Shown: positions 1 through 11,171 of the stretch, piece by piece
How the letters are laid out: each line of letters opens with the position of its first letter
Position numbering within the stretch: the stretch's first letter is position 1
NCBI GenBank assembly: GCA_013115145.1
Contig: JAAPAO010000039.1
Span: forward strand, 1 to 64,000
Length of the DNA: 64,000 nucleotides
Reading direction: 5' to 3'
Source: Perkinsus chesapeaki ATCC PRA-425
Lineage: Eukaryota; Protista; Perkinsozoa
Position numbers and translations under genes: made by a program
The notes under the pieces: generated by a model
What the model was told of the DNA's origin: nothing
Database searches by the model: none
The model's input: only the letters and a program-made list of their open reading frames with translations

Positions 1-110
1 ATCAAACTCCTTTCTATTATATATCCTCCTCCGTATCACTAGTAACATATTTCCTATCAAACTCCTTTCTATTGTATATCCTCTTCCGTATCACTAGTAA
101 CATATTTCCC
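1..110. repeat. 55-bp tandem repeat (2 copies, may continue left of the window); member of a dispersed family
   Basis: ATCAAACTCCTTTCTATTATATATCCTCCTCCGTATCACTAGTAACATATTTCC is repeated almost exactly. The reverse complement recurs at 43355-43446 and partially at 942-961. Confidence 0.85.
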
Positions 111-2105
111 ATCCCAGCGTTCATGGAATGAATCGTCGGTTCAGCTCTGCCAGCAGCAAACGGCTGCATCCGTGCTTCACTAGAAGACTCACGCAGAAGC
201 AAGATTCCTCCTCGGCCTTGCTCGGCGAAGCGCCAACTGACGACAGTAGGCCCGACAATATCCTTAGCGACCTCGAAGCTGCGCATTTAGGCGTCCAAGG
301 GACACCGGCCTGAGATGCTTTGTGTACTAGTTGTTCCTCGCGGCGGCGCAGCCTACTGTGTTTGTGGCAGCATGTTTATTGTGCTTACTCGATGTTGGCC
401 TTTACGGCTGTCCGAAACCACTTCGGGGTTGTGTTGCTCGGGTGGCTTAAGACATTAATACTGATGGATGGACTGTAAAGATCGACAAAAGAGGGAAAGT
501 TTGGGGAAAATACCGAAATTTAGTGTAAATTGTGGCGATCCGGTGACACGAGTTCAACCCAATTGACTGAAGCTAACAGATTCTCCGACACTGAAGGATA
601 GGCAGCACCCCGCTGATCAGTCACTCGGTAAATGGCGTCTTTTCCTGTCTTCGAGGAAGCTCATCGAGACGGAGAGTCCATGGAGGCGCACTGGCTGCCT
701 GCCTTGGCGCAAGGCGGAGCAACTGGTGGCGGACATGTGAGCAAATGTAACGGTGGGAAGGATCGACGGGACTGCGACAGCGTCTGACTATTGGTACTTA
801 TTCATAATAATTATGAATTACTTACAGCGTGCGTCAGCCCTACCCTAACGCAGGAGCTTGATGGAGGGGGGTAAAGTTGGCAAGTGGTAAACTCGAGAAA
901 GATGGAAGCGCGTCTTGCCAGGGGTTTGCAGGGCATTGTTGCGGAGGAGATATAATAGAAAATACAGGCTATAGGAGAAATGCCAAACGCGCTCTCCGTG
1001 GGCTCCTTCGTACCGCTCCTCTCCAGAATTATCACCTCAGGTTGCATCAAGGACTACTTCCTTATCGAGGATGAGCAAGGGTAACAAACGTGAAGTATAT
1101 GTCACTGATTAACGCATCAGATATGACGGTAAGACCAGCAACAAGCTGTCGGCCTTCCGCGGCCGACAGCTCCGTGGAAAGGAGATCGACTGTGGCGAGA
1201 TGACGGGGTAAGGCACTGGTCGGTGGTCGGAGATGGTCAACGAACATCTCTACGGTATAAACCATACTTTACTTTGCTTCACGCCTCGGATACCTAATAC
1301 TTCCTCAAAGAATCTCTGGTGTCGAGTGGATTATAGATAAGGAAGAGGTGCCTAAACGGTAGGGTAGGTCAGCACTTTAGTTCTTCAGGCAAGTTCTCGT
1401 CAAGGCGCTGGATGAGGCTAAGACAACAGACTTGTTTGATTGTGTAAAGTAAGGCCTGACAGGTGGGGCGTTCTATCCGGAGGCACTCGGCAGCGTCCAA
1501 GAGGTGTGTCGTGCGGCCCTCAGGCAACGCGTGAGAGGCGCCCTTCCCGGTCCAATTGTTTGCTGTGCCTCTAGGGCACAGTAGTTCTTGCTGTTCTCTT
1601 AGAGAGATCTCTTTCGACGAGGGGTCATTTCCCCCTCCCGACGGCTCGGGCAGGGTTGCGTAGATGTCTTCTTTTAAGGCCACGTGTAGTTCCCAATGCG
1701 GAGAGATCATCGAAAATTTCGCAACACGTCCCTAGGGCTACAGTGAACGTCAAATACCTTCTTTTGGGAGCCATCTGCTGCTGCTCTACGACTCCCTAGT
1801 CTCAGATACGTCGCGGAGGGTCCAAGCATCCACAAGATAACAGTCTGGAACCACGACGAGATTCCACTGCGCTCTGATGAGGTATCCTCATCCGCTCCAA
1901 GTCCGTTTCTGGCACTTCCTTTCAGGCCCCTCAAGCCTTCGCACTCTCCCGCGCCATGGACAGCTTCGGCCGCCTGGCCGGGGAGACCACGGCTGCCGAA
2001 GTCGACCAGGAGATTTCCGCATGAAAGCTTTCTCCAATTAATTTTCCCTTCTCCTGCCGAGTAGTGCTACTATACGCCTCATCGCGGTGCTTCAGTATTA
2101 TTACT

Positions 2106-3134
2106 ATGCCGATCTCCAAGGCCGGAGTTCGCCATTGCGAGAGGTCCCTGCTGGCCTTGAGCTTCGTGGTTCGCAAGTTGCCCGACATGCCAGAGGAGCT
2201 ACTGGACTCGGTATGGCGCTTCGCCCGCCCGATCTTCAACGGCGTCAAAGTTGAACGACTTATCCATTGTTCTGGTCGCTGCCCCACCGACATGACGGTA
2301 TTCAAGCGGTGTAACGGCACGGGCTTGCTCTACCTCGAGGACGCTCGACCTGGCGGGTGGATCGTCGGTGAGCTGCTGCCGCAGTCCTCTAGGGGGAACG
2401 AGGGCCACGTCAGGATCATCGGCGACATCGATCTGGGCCCGACCCCCTCGGCTTGCATTGACCCTCGTGATGGTGGTATAATTTGTGTAACTCAAGAAGG
2501 TCGCGTCTACAAGTGCACCGGTTGGGACGATGCCACCGTTGACTCTCCGGCAGTGTGGCGGCCGATACGTGAAGGTCGGCGAATATCCAATTATATGCAT
2601 GATATGATCTGTACCGAGGACGGTGTTCTCTGGGGCCTGAGTAAGCCTCGAGCCTGCCAGCATCATGGCGTCTACGCACTATCGAGAACCTCGACCGACA
2701 GGAGCCCGAGGCGCAGCTCTTTGACGCTTCCGGAGGACTGTCTTGTCCACTCGGTGGCCTACTCCAACGGGAAGGTCTACGCGCTAGAGCCGCGGTTTTC
2801 TCAAGGCCAACATTCAGTGGAGCGCTTTGTTCGGGTCGATTCAGTTGGCGAGAACGATATTGAATTCACCGTGATCAAGCAGCTCGGAGCGTTCTGGAAG
2901 CCCTCGCTGGACGTCAGCGGTGGCATCTGCTACATCGCGGGAATTGACCCAGGGATGGGGCCGATGATCATCACCTATAACGCTCTCGAAGGCACCGAAC
3001 TGGCCAGGTTGATGATTTATCATATCAGTCAGTGTCCGCCAGTATCTCGCATTTACGCCGCCCCAGGAGGACGTTTCTGGATCACCTCGGAGCGAGCACG
3101 AGAGATCCGGCTGCTCCGGTTGACATATAAGTAA
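2106..3134 (+). CDS. Intronless protein with N-terminal F-box-like motif and probable beta-propeller body
   Basis: Long ORF (track 2064..3134, first ATG 2106). LPDMPEELLDSVWRF resembles an F-box core and aligns with LPVDCLSVIWEL and LPVDCVSDIWQF of the paralogs at 8193-9149 and 9775-10734. The body is rich in short beta-strand, G-x-x-Y/W repeats. Confidence 0.6.
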   Translation: MPISKAGVRHCERSLLALSFVVRKLPDMPEELLDSVWRFARPIFNGVKVERLIHCSGRCPTDMTVFKRCNGTGLLYLEDARPGGWIVGELLPQSSRGNEGHVRIIGDIDLGPTPSACIDPRDGGIICVTQEGRVYKCTGWDDATVDSPAVWRPIREGRRISNYMHDMICTEDGVLWGLSKPRACQHHGVYALSRTSTDRSPRRSSLTLPEDCLVHSVAYSNGKVYALEPRFSQGQHSVERFVRVDSVGENDIEFTVIKQLGAFWKPSLDVSGGICYIAGIDPGMGPMIITYNALEGTELARLMIYHISQCPPVSRIYAAPGGRFWITSERAREIRLLRLTYK

Positions 3135-3259
3135 TCTGACCGCTGCTGAGGCGGCGCGCTGTTCATTCGTTAATGCTGCACGTGCCCTGTTGATGCATTT
3201 TTCAAAGCAAATATTGAGTGGTGTTCCAAATTTAATGACGAGGAGTAGTTCATAGCAAA

Positions 3260-4198
3260 ATGTTTATTATTCTGGCGTTCGTCAGCATCCTTACCGCTGC
3301 GGACTTGAACCCTTTGACCGTGCCGGCCATCGTGGAAGACCGCGGTTTCGGCAATGGTGCGCTTGGAGGAACCGATGAGTACGTCAACATTACTCACCAA
3401 AACACGACTCGATATTATTACTTATATACGCCCAATACAACCGTACAGGCGATCCTGCTCAACATTCATGGTCTGGGAGACTCCTGCCATCACTTCCGGG
3501 AAGCCAGCGGTCTGGTGGACCTCGCCGATGCGCACGGCCTTCTGGTGGTGACGCCGTGCGGCCTGCCTAATGGCTTCTTGTTGAACTCCTTCAACGCAGG
3601 TGTATGCTGCCAGACAAATAAGAAGGTAGACGACTTCGGTTTCATCAAGAAGATTCTGGCAATTGTGAACCCCTCAAACAAGCTTCCTGTCTTCTCGGCT
3701 GGCTTCAGTAACGGTGGCATGATGTCCGAGGGCCTACTATGTCTTGATATGGTCACGAAGGCCGTCTCGGTGAGTGGCGTCGAAGTCCTCGAGCCAGGCT
3801 CCGAAGACGGCATTAAAGCGTGCTCTGCGAACTTCACGGAATCGCAAGCTAAAATCGCCAACGTTCACGGCACGGCCGACATGTTAGTCCCTTACGGGGG
3901 GAACTCGTGGCTTGGTTACCCGCCGGTCGAGGAGGACATGCACGCATGGTCCAGTCGGCTCGATTGTGCCACTAACTACACTAATACCAAAACTGACCAG
4001 GACTACGACTACCTCGAGTACACCGGCTGCAAGCAGCTGGGCTCTCGAGTGCTGTTGGTCCGGCACAACGGTGGCGGGCATGCATGGCACGGCAGTGGCG
4101 ATTTCGATACGCCGAAGTTCGTTGTGGACTTCCTGCTGGGCGGAAGCGAGGAGGATGTTACATTTGATGATAGTGTGTATCGTGTAGAGAATTCTTAA
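3260..4198 (+). CDS. Secreted alpha/beta-hydrolase, LpqC / PHB-depolymerase / feruloyl-esterase-like
   Basis: Signal-peptide-like N-terminus MFIILAFVSILTAA; HGLGDS oxyanion region; GFSNGG nucleophile elbow; HGTADMLVPYGG acid region; GGGHAW catalytic His; intronless. Confidence 0.85.
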   Translation: MFIILAFVSILTAADLNPLTVPAIVEDRGFGNGALGGTDEYVNITHQNTTRYYYLYTPNTTVQAILLNIHGLGDSCHHFREASGLVDLADAHGLLVVTPCGLPNGFLLNSFNAGVCCQTNKKVDDFGFIKKILAIVNPSNKLPVFSAGFSNGGMMSEGLLCLDMVTKAVSVSGVEVLEPGSEDGIKACSANFTESQAKIANVHGTADMLVPYGGNSWLGYPPVEEDMHAWSSRLDCATNYTNTKTDQDYDYLEYTGCKQLGSRVLLVRHNGGGHAWHGSGDFDTPKFVVDFLLGGSEEDVTFDDSVYRVENS

Positions 4199-4463
4199 TG
4201 TCCGGGACAGGTCCCGGAAATTCTGGAAACGATTGAGATTATTTGTTATTTTCAATGCATTGTTGATACATTTGCTACTTTTGTGTTGAACAGTGAAATG
4301 CACGCGAAACCTTCAGACACAATCGACTGTGCGAACTGAAACGAAGTTCAAAGACTCGGAAGCTGAGGCGGCCAATGGGTCCTATAGGAACCGGTTGACA
4401 AAGCGATGTGTGAATTGGAAGACATGTCTATCCCAGGGATAGTATCCTGTGTGGGATAGATTC

Positions 4464-4562
4464 NNNNNNNNNNNNNNNNNNNNNNNNNNNNNNNNNNNNN
4501 NNNNNNNNNNNNNNNNNNNNNNNNNNNNNNNNNNNNNNNNNNNNNNNNNNNNNNNNNNNNNN
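4464..4562. other. Assembly gap (99 N)
   Basis: Run of N next to a microsatellite. Confidence 1.
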
Positions 4563-4637
<75 letters not shown>

Positions 4638-4639
4638 TC
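4563..4639. repeat. (CTTT)n microsatellite
   Basis: About 19 perfect CTTT units directly after the gap. Confidence 0.98.
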
Positions 4640-4670
4640 AACCAACACAACCAAGTTAAAAGGCCAACAC

Positions 4671-7497
4671 TCAAACAATAATGGCGCCTTGTGGCTTGAA
4701 TATACGCTCAATCCACTCCCTCGTTCGCTTGAGATAGAAATCCGGATCCGGACCGTAGCTCAAGTAGCCGCGGGAAGGCCAATCTTGCGAAGCCCTACTC
4801 AACTTGCCGTCTATAGCGGGCTCGATGTTGGTGCCTTCGTGCCATTCGTTGAAGGATGTGATAGAAATCTGAAGAAACCCGAAAACCCTAATTGTGAATG
4901 GGCATGTACCATTTTTGGCTGCATTTTGGCGGCCTCGTTGAACATCTCGTCGAAGTAGTCGCCTTCCCGGCGATCTTTGGTGTTGCCGTAGTTCCAGGGC
5001 CTCACCTCTTCATCGATATAACCAGGCCCAACCTGATCATCTGATTATTACTAGGACGCGAAGCTGAGTCAGCCTCCATGCACGCAAATAGCCTCTGAGG
5101 GTAAATTCACAAGAGTCGAGCACGCTGCCACGAAGCTGAGCTCAGAAGTTGCCAGAGCGTTGCGCATGGGGCGTATTGCTAACATACACATTTACACTAT
5201 TAAGATCCTGGCATTCTTTGCATCTGTGTCTAGGCCAACCCTGGACTAAAGATTCGTACAACGAGCCAACGGCGACCGAAACATCAGCAAGCTTCACAGA
5301 AGCCTCGAAAATATAAGCCAACTGCATGGTGCTCACGCTAGGAACGAAATATATTCCGGCCTCTCTGGCAACTCTGTTCATTGATGGCCAGTTGGACGGT
5401 GTGCTGCCGTAAACAAAACCAGTTGCTGCAAAGTAGGTATAAAAACCATCTGAGAAAATTAAAAGTAGATCACTCCAAGGATGCCTTGTAGCTGCGGGAG
5501 TAGGCGAGGTGGTCCAAGGCTGTAAATAAATCAATTTCAAGCGCACATGCCTAGATCATTTCAATAACAATACTGTGATTGCCAATACGTGCCGAACGGA
5601 AGTGCAAGCGCGGTCAAGACTCTCAGCTTCGAATGTTATTGCATTCTAGACTTGACGCATCTAAGGATTTCACAAATGTTTATGGTGCAGAGGGCTGCTA
5701 ATTTCCTTCCGCGATATCTTCTGCGAAGTGCGTCGATGCAAGCAACCCTATAAGAGAAGGACAACTTATGCCCGATCGTTTTTCTCACCAAACCCGGCAT
5801 ATGCATATACACGGTGATGAGCTTCAACCCAAAGAAAGATCGCAGTGCAGTCTAGGCCCTTCTGGCCCCGGATTGAGGTGTCCCCTGTGGGACTTAGTAA
5901 CCTCGACCATTCTTTGGCAGTGTTGTGATAACTGTCATAAATGTACCTAAAGTGATAGTTGGCTGGGCAACGTTGAAGCTGATGAGGACTATGTCGAATC
6001 TCTAGGAGTCTAAGCTGCCCTTCAGCGTGTGACTGTAAACCCGCGAGTACCAATGCGCCGGGTTATCGGGTTCCCATTCGGCCAAGAGGCTTACACTAGA
6101 GGCAATGAGGCCCCGTCGTGGGTACTAGGAATTCTATATAGAGCTGGGTGGCCGCCATAATGTTCATGAATGTACTGAAAATCGCTCCTCACCGACATAG
6201 GGTTTCGGCCTGCGAGGGGAGTTCAAGCTGAATGCTTTAGTGGTGTCGCACCTTCGTACGGCTCTAGGTGTATAGCAACTCGCATTCCATGGGCCCAGGC
6301 AGCGTCAAGGAGCAAGTCGGCAACTGGATCGAAGGAATCGTTCCGGCCAGCAGGGTCATGCAGGCCCGGAGGGTACCTCGAGGGAAAGCCGTCATTCTAT
6401 GTTCACAGAACCTTTTTAAAAGGTTCTTCTTTTATATGCTTTAGCCACTCGAGAGCGCCTATACCACGAAATAACCAAGGAGCTATAGAGGAAACACAAA
6501 TGGTAAATACGGTACAATAGCGATAAGCAGGCTAACATATATACATTAGTGCACTTATTACTAAAGCAGATGAGTACACTCTGTACTATTACTATCACTC
6601 ACTATAGAATAGTATCTCTGTACTCAGTTTAACTAAGTTAGTTACCAAATACAATATACTATTACTACTAAAAGTATAGAGTACACAATACAGTTTTATA
6701 TATACGGCAATGGACCATGAATTCAATAAAAAGCAACAAACATGTTAATGAGCACAAATCTAACATAAGTACATTAACGGCTTATATAATGCAATAATAG
6801 GTGAGAGAAGCTATTTGCGCACTTCACAGCTCGACAAGAGAATTCTCAACAATCTATAGCGGGGCTGAACCACATACACACCAGCTCACAGCAACGACTC
6901 CTAGTCCAGCTCTTTTCATCATGGCCATGTGGGAGGCAATAACACCCTTATCAAGGGAAGAATACGGTCCGAGCTGAGGCCAGTATGAGGCACCGATATC
7001 GTCATTCTCCGGCACGTGTGCTCCTTGCGAGTATCTGATAAATTGAGGGCCAACATCCCACTTCTGCGCTTCCGGTACTTTTTAGCGGTCGCTGCGTCCC
7101 AGTGCGGAATTCGGGAATGGTTCCAATGAGCCCAAGCTCCGTCATGATCTTCGCTTCGATACCACATATAGTAAAAAGCATGAGCGTTGCATCGCCAGCT
7201 GCAGGTGTCGGCTCCCACTGTGCTTGGCAGTAATGAGGCAGTTGTTTCAGCGTCAACCGATTCAGTGCGCTTCGCATCAGCACTTTGTGTCTCATTATCT
7301 GTTTCGTTAACTCTTGCTTTGTTACTAGACATCCTCCTATGGTCATTCAGCAGCACTCTACGAAGGCCCAGCGGGCGGTCGTCTGCCCACGGTATCACGA
7401 ATGATCCGGTGATAGCACAGAGGACTATCAGGGCATAGACCAGAGAGACCATGCTCACTATGAAGATCCAACAGTTAAGACGTCCGGGAAGCCGCAT
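4671..7497 (-). CDS. MANEA: Glycoprotein endo-alpha-1,2-mannosidase (GH99), multi-exon type II membrane protein
   Basis: Exon translations give an N-terminal TM, HAFYYMWY...HWNHSRIPHWD, DDIGASYWPQLGPYSSLD, AIHLEPYEG, YIYDSY, DGFYTYFAATGFVYGS, FVPS/VGPGYIDEEVRPWN and catalytic ITSFNEWHEGTNIEP. All are GH99 hallmark motifs in the correct order. Stop at 4671-4673. Confidence 0.93.
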
Positions 7498-8192
7498 GAA
7501 AAGCCTTCAAGGCACTGTCGTCAGAGAGCCCGAGATCTCCAATTGACAACCTTTGCATGACCTGGGAACAGCCGAGATGCAATAAACGGTCCAGTCTGGG
7601 GTGACATGATGAAGGATGTGACATCGTAGAGCAGGGTGCAGCGCGCGCCAAGTCGCGCGACATGCATTTGCTCATTTCTGTGTCTTCTTTTCTTCTAGAT
7701 TGAAATTGTCTTTTTACTTAGCAAATTTGGTCGAGCAGTTCACCGCTGTGCTGTCCTACGTCCCTTGAACAACACTCTACTTCATCATATACTGCCTTGT
7801 GTACTTCCTAATTGCGCGGCGTATCCTGCAATCGGATGGGAAGCACTGCCAACTTTGCATAGACGGCGTTATTCGACTCATCTCCCTCGGTTCGGGTTGC
7901 TGTGCACGCACGCGCTCACTTAGAACTGTTAGTCCCGTCCGTCAGATACTTATATGACTCATATAGCCAGACTAATCGAACCAATGATGATGATATACTG
8001 ACACGCATGCGGTACGAAAGTTGTCTCTTATCCCGGTCACGGAGCTAGGTAACTAAGAACGATACACAACGGGTATTCTGGAAGAACTAATGCCTATCAG
8101 CTAGACGCTGCCGAGATGGTGCGCCCCTGTACAGAGCAACAAGAGTCAGAGACAGCAACAAAGGGGAGCTGTAGAGTATGGCTTATGGATAT

Positions 8193-9149
8193 TCAAGCAA
8201 ATATAGGATCCAAACCGAGCACGCTGCCCTCCTTACTAATCAACCATAAGCCCCCGTCATCGCGAGCGAAAAAACGAGAGATTATGAGCCGTTGTAAAGG
8301 CGAATGATATGAGGAGGTTTTCGAATGCAGGTCTGTTATGCAGACAGTAAGTGAACCAGAGTAGTAGCCGACCACGAAGCATAGGCCTCGATTGCTGTCA
8401 ACGTCAAGATCGCAGCCGACTAGGTCTAATTCAGCTATAGTTCCCAGCGGCTTTCCATCCATGGAGATGGCCGAGAGAGTAGAGCTAGATGACCGACCAT
8501 TCGCTCTGTGTAATAGCAAGATCTGCGGTGGCTGCCCGTCCCTTTCAAAAATAGCCAAGCCATCTGCACACGTGCCGCCGCAGTCATAAAAAATTTTGGT
8601 GGATTCGTCGGGACCGATACGAAGCACAGATGCCCCTCGCCATGAGAGGCCATAAAAATAACCGTTGCTGGACATTGTTGGTTTTGACATGAAGTCGACC
8701 AATGTTCTCCATGGTCCCCATTTCGGAGCCAGCGACTTATCCGGGTGGTGAGCCTTCCACTGCGACACCGCGAAGGAGCGTCCAGTGTTCTGTTCGACGG
8801 CGATGATATCTCCCGAAGATGGCTCCACTCCAAGGCACAAGAGGAAGCCAATGTCGAGGGTTCCATGATCAATCAGCTCACCAGAAGACCGAATCTCTAG
8901 CAAGCTGCATTCACAAATGCTTTTGCGCTTAACCACAAGGAGACTGGAGCAGTCTTGAGTTCGACAACAAGCAGTGGACCGTATTCCCTTGGCCAGTGTT
9001 AAGGGACTAGTGAACCCTACTAGGCGAGGTATTAGTAGCTCCCAAATGACTGAAAGGCAATCTACCGGCAAGGGCGTGTGATAACGCTTGGAGAGAATAG
9101 TAATGACTGTGAGAGAGCGTAGACGAGCCTTGGGGTAAGCAAATGCCAT
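8193..9149 (-). CDS. F-box-like / beta-propeller family protein, tandem paralog 1
   Basis: 318-aa intronless ORF; LPVDCLSVIWEL motif; clearly homologous to 9775-10734. Confidence 0.7.
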   Translation of the reverse strand: MAFAYPKARLRSLTVITILSKRYHTPLPVDCLSVIWELLIPRLVGFTSPLTLAKGIRSTACCRTQDCSSLLVVKRKSICECSLLEIRSSGELIDHGTLDIGFLLCLGVEPSSGDIIAVEQNTGRSFAVSQWKAHHPDKSLAPKWGPWRTLVDFMSKPTMSSNGYFYGLSWRGASVLRIGPDESTKIFYDCGGTCADGLAIFERDGQPPQILLLHRANGRSSSSTLSAISMDGKPLGTIAELDLVGCDLDVDSNRGLCFVVGYYSGSLTVCITDLHSKTSSYHSPLQRLIISRFFARDDGGLWLISKEGSVLGLDPIFA

Positions 9150-9774
9150 TTACTTTTCTACTAGTCCCTAACTAAGAAGAATATGTCCGAGTGGGGGAAG
9201 GGATGCTCCGACAGACGTGCGAGAGATTTCGTTTTCGTTGGTATTGGTAAGCTCATTTTGCTGATAACGTGTTATCAAGAAAAAGGGAGAGCAACAGTAC
9301 TATGCGACGAGACGCCTCAAAGCTACCGACGATGGCCAGAGTCGTGGCCACCAGGATGGGCCATAAGATGGCGAACCGGGGCGATCAGATCGGCTGGAGG
9401 TTTATAGAAGGAGGTCAAATGTTCCCTGGCGGAGTGCATGTGATATTTCAGTGGGGCATGCTTCCAATCACGTCTCCACGCCAGTAGTATTTTTGACGGG
9501 AATCTGAGAACCCCCAATTTGATGTTTTCGTTAAGCCCACTGAGCTCGACAAAGGGGGCTAATAGAAGCTTTCCGACTACTCATGATTCACATGTCTAAC
9601 AATTCCTAAGTCCAAACCACAGAGCGGCAGACAGTCGTACTCACAAAGCCCTAGAGTAACGTCAGGACATTACAGGAGCCACTAGTTAACCAATAGGTGA
9701 GGAAATAATCATTATTCAATAATGCGTCACGGTCACAAAAAACGAAAGAAAACAGAATTGGTGAACCAAACTGG

Positions 9775-10734
9775 TCAGATGTAGACGGAATCGAGAGCCT
9801 CCACGTCCCTTTGTTCAGTGATGATCCAGAGGCCACCATCATCTCGAACGAATAAGTCCAATAAGGAAATATTAGGGAGGGCAACATGGGTACGAACGCA
9901 CCCCTTGAGGAGGTCTATTATGCACACAGTGGGCGAGTTAGAACCAGAGTAGTAGCCGACCACGAAGCATAGGCCTTGATTGTTGTCAACGTCAAGATCG
10001 CAGCCGACTAGGTCTATCTCAGCTATAGTTCCCAGCGACTTTCCATCCATGGAGATGGCTGAAAGAGTAGAGCTAGATGATCGACCATTTGGTCTGTGCA
10101 ATAGCAAGATCCGTGACGTCTGCCCGTCCCTTTCAAAAATAGCTAAGGCATCTGCACGCGTGCCGCCGCAGTCATAAAAAGTCTCAGTGGCTCCGTACGG
10201 GACAACGCGAATTACAGAAGCCCCTTGCCAAGAGAGCCCATAGAAGGCACCGTCGCTGCAGAAGACAGGGCTGCCTATGTGCCCCAGCACAACGTCCCAG
10301 GACACCCGAGAGGGCTGGACCTCCTCGCTAGTTGCCTCCGCCGAACATTGCCAGTCCGTAAATCGACATGAGCACCCCGTGTTTTTCTCGATACAGATCA
10401 AGGCGCCAGATGAAGCTTCCATGGCGAGGCAAAGCAGAAACCCGACGTTGAGCGTATTGTGTCGGATGCTGTCCCCGGACGACCGAGCTTCAAACAGACC
10501 GCACTGGTAGCGCTTCCACCGTCTTAAAAGCAGTAGACCGGAGCCATCAGGGCGCTTGTAGCTCGGAGAGGCTTGTACACCGATGGCCACCTTTTCGGGA
10601 GCGGTAAAGGCAACAAGGCAAGGCAGAGCAAACTGCCAGATGTCTGAGACACAGTCGACTGGCAGTACCGGAAGGTGGTGCGAAGCTAAGTACTTGGTGA
10701 CCAATACCGAACGCAAGCGCTCCGCCGGGTACAT
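9775..10734 (-). CDS. F-box-like / beta-propeller family protein, tandem paralog 2
   Basis: Intronless ORF (first ATG 10734, MYPAERLRS aligns with the paralog's AYPKARLRS); LPVDCVSDIWQF motif. Confidence 0.7.
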   Translation of the reverse strand: MYPAERLRSVLVTKYLASHHLPVLPVDCVSDIWQFALPCLVAFTAPEKVAIGVQASPSYKRPDGSGLLLLRRWKRYQCGLFEARSSGDSIRHNTLNVGFLLCLAMEASSGALICIEKNTGCSCRFTDWQCSAEATSEEVQPSRVSWDVVLGHIGSPVFCSDGAFYGLSWQGASVIRVVPYGATETFYDCGGTRADALAIFERDGQTSRILLLHRPNGRSSSSTLSAISMDGKSLGTIAEIDLVGCDLDVDNNQGLCFVVGYYSGSNSPTVCIIDLLKGCVRTHVALPNISLLDLFVRDDGGLWIITEQRDVEALDSVYI

Positions 10735-11171
10735 TACAGCGAGGCTCAACCTTGTTACTGAAATTGAATGTTAGCTTTTCCGTGTAACGTTCACGGGAGG
10801 TATTGACAGCGCAAGACACATACATATGCGAAACGATTGTGGCAGATTTCAGAAAATCTATCAATCCTTAACCGGAGAAAAGATCATCTCACTTCAAGGA
10901 CGTGGTGCTTTCTGGCAGTTCCCGGATACACTTCCGTCAAGGAAGCCGAACGTTACATCTGAAGCAACCTGTCCGGCTTTTGGCCGTATCTGAATCATGT
11001 GTGGATGCGTTAGTCTACATACGAAAATTTCCGTAAGTTCTGCCGATTCTTGTACTGCCCAGACGTGCCGAATGTATTACTCGCAGTCACTCAGTGGCCC
11101 AGCTGCGCACTAGTAACAACGCAACACCTCTCGGTTATGAAATAATGAACTGTTAAGCACTATACTCAAAT

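Noticed and set aside
4201-4218. 8-bp hairpin TCCGGGAC-AG-GTCCCGGA just after the esterase stop
   Set aside because: Short, no U-tract, eukaryotic context; expected by chance in 64 kb.
4752-4764. ACCGTAGCTCAAG resembling the ends of a dinoflagellate/Perkinsus-type spliced leader
   Set aside because: Lacks the central part and lies antisense inside GH99 coding sequence.
4348-4958. ORFs running through the N gap and CTTT repeat
   Set aside because: Artefacts of the microsatellite and gap (KERK and FLSF repeats).
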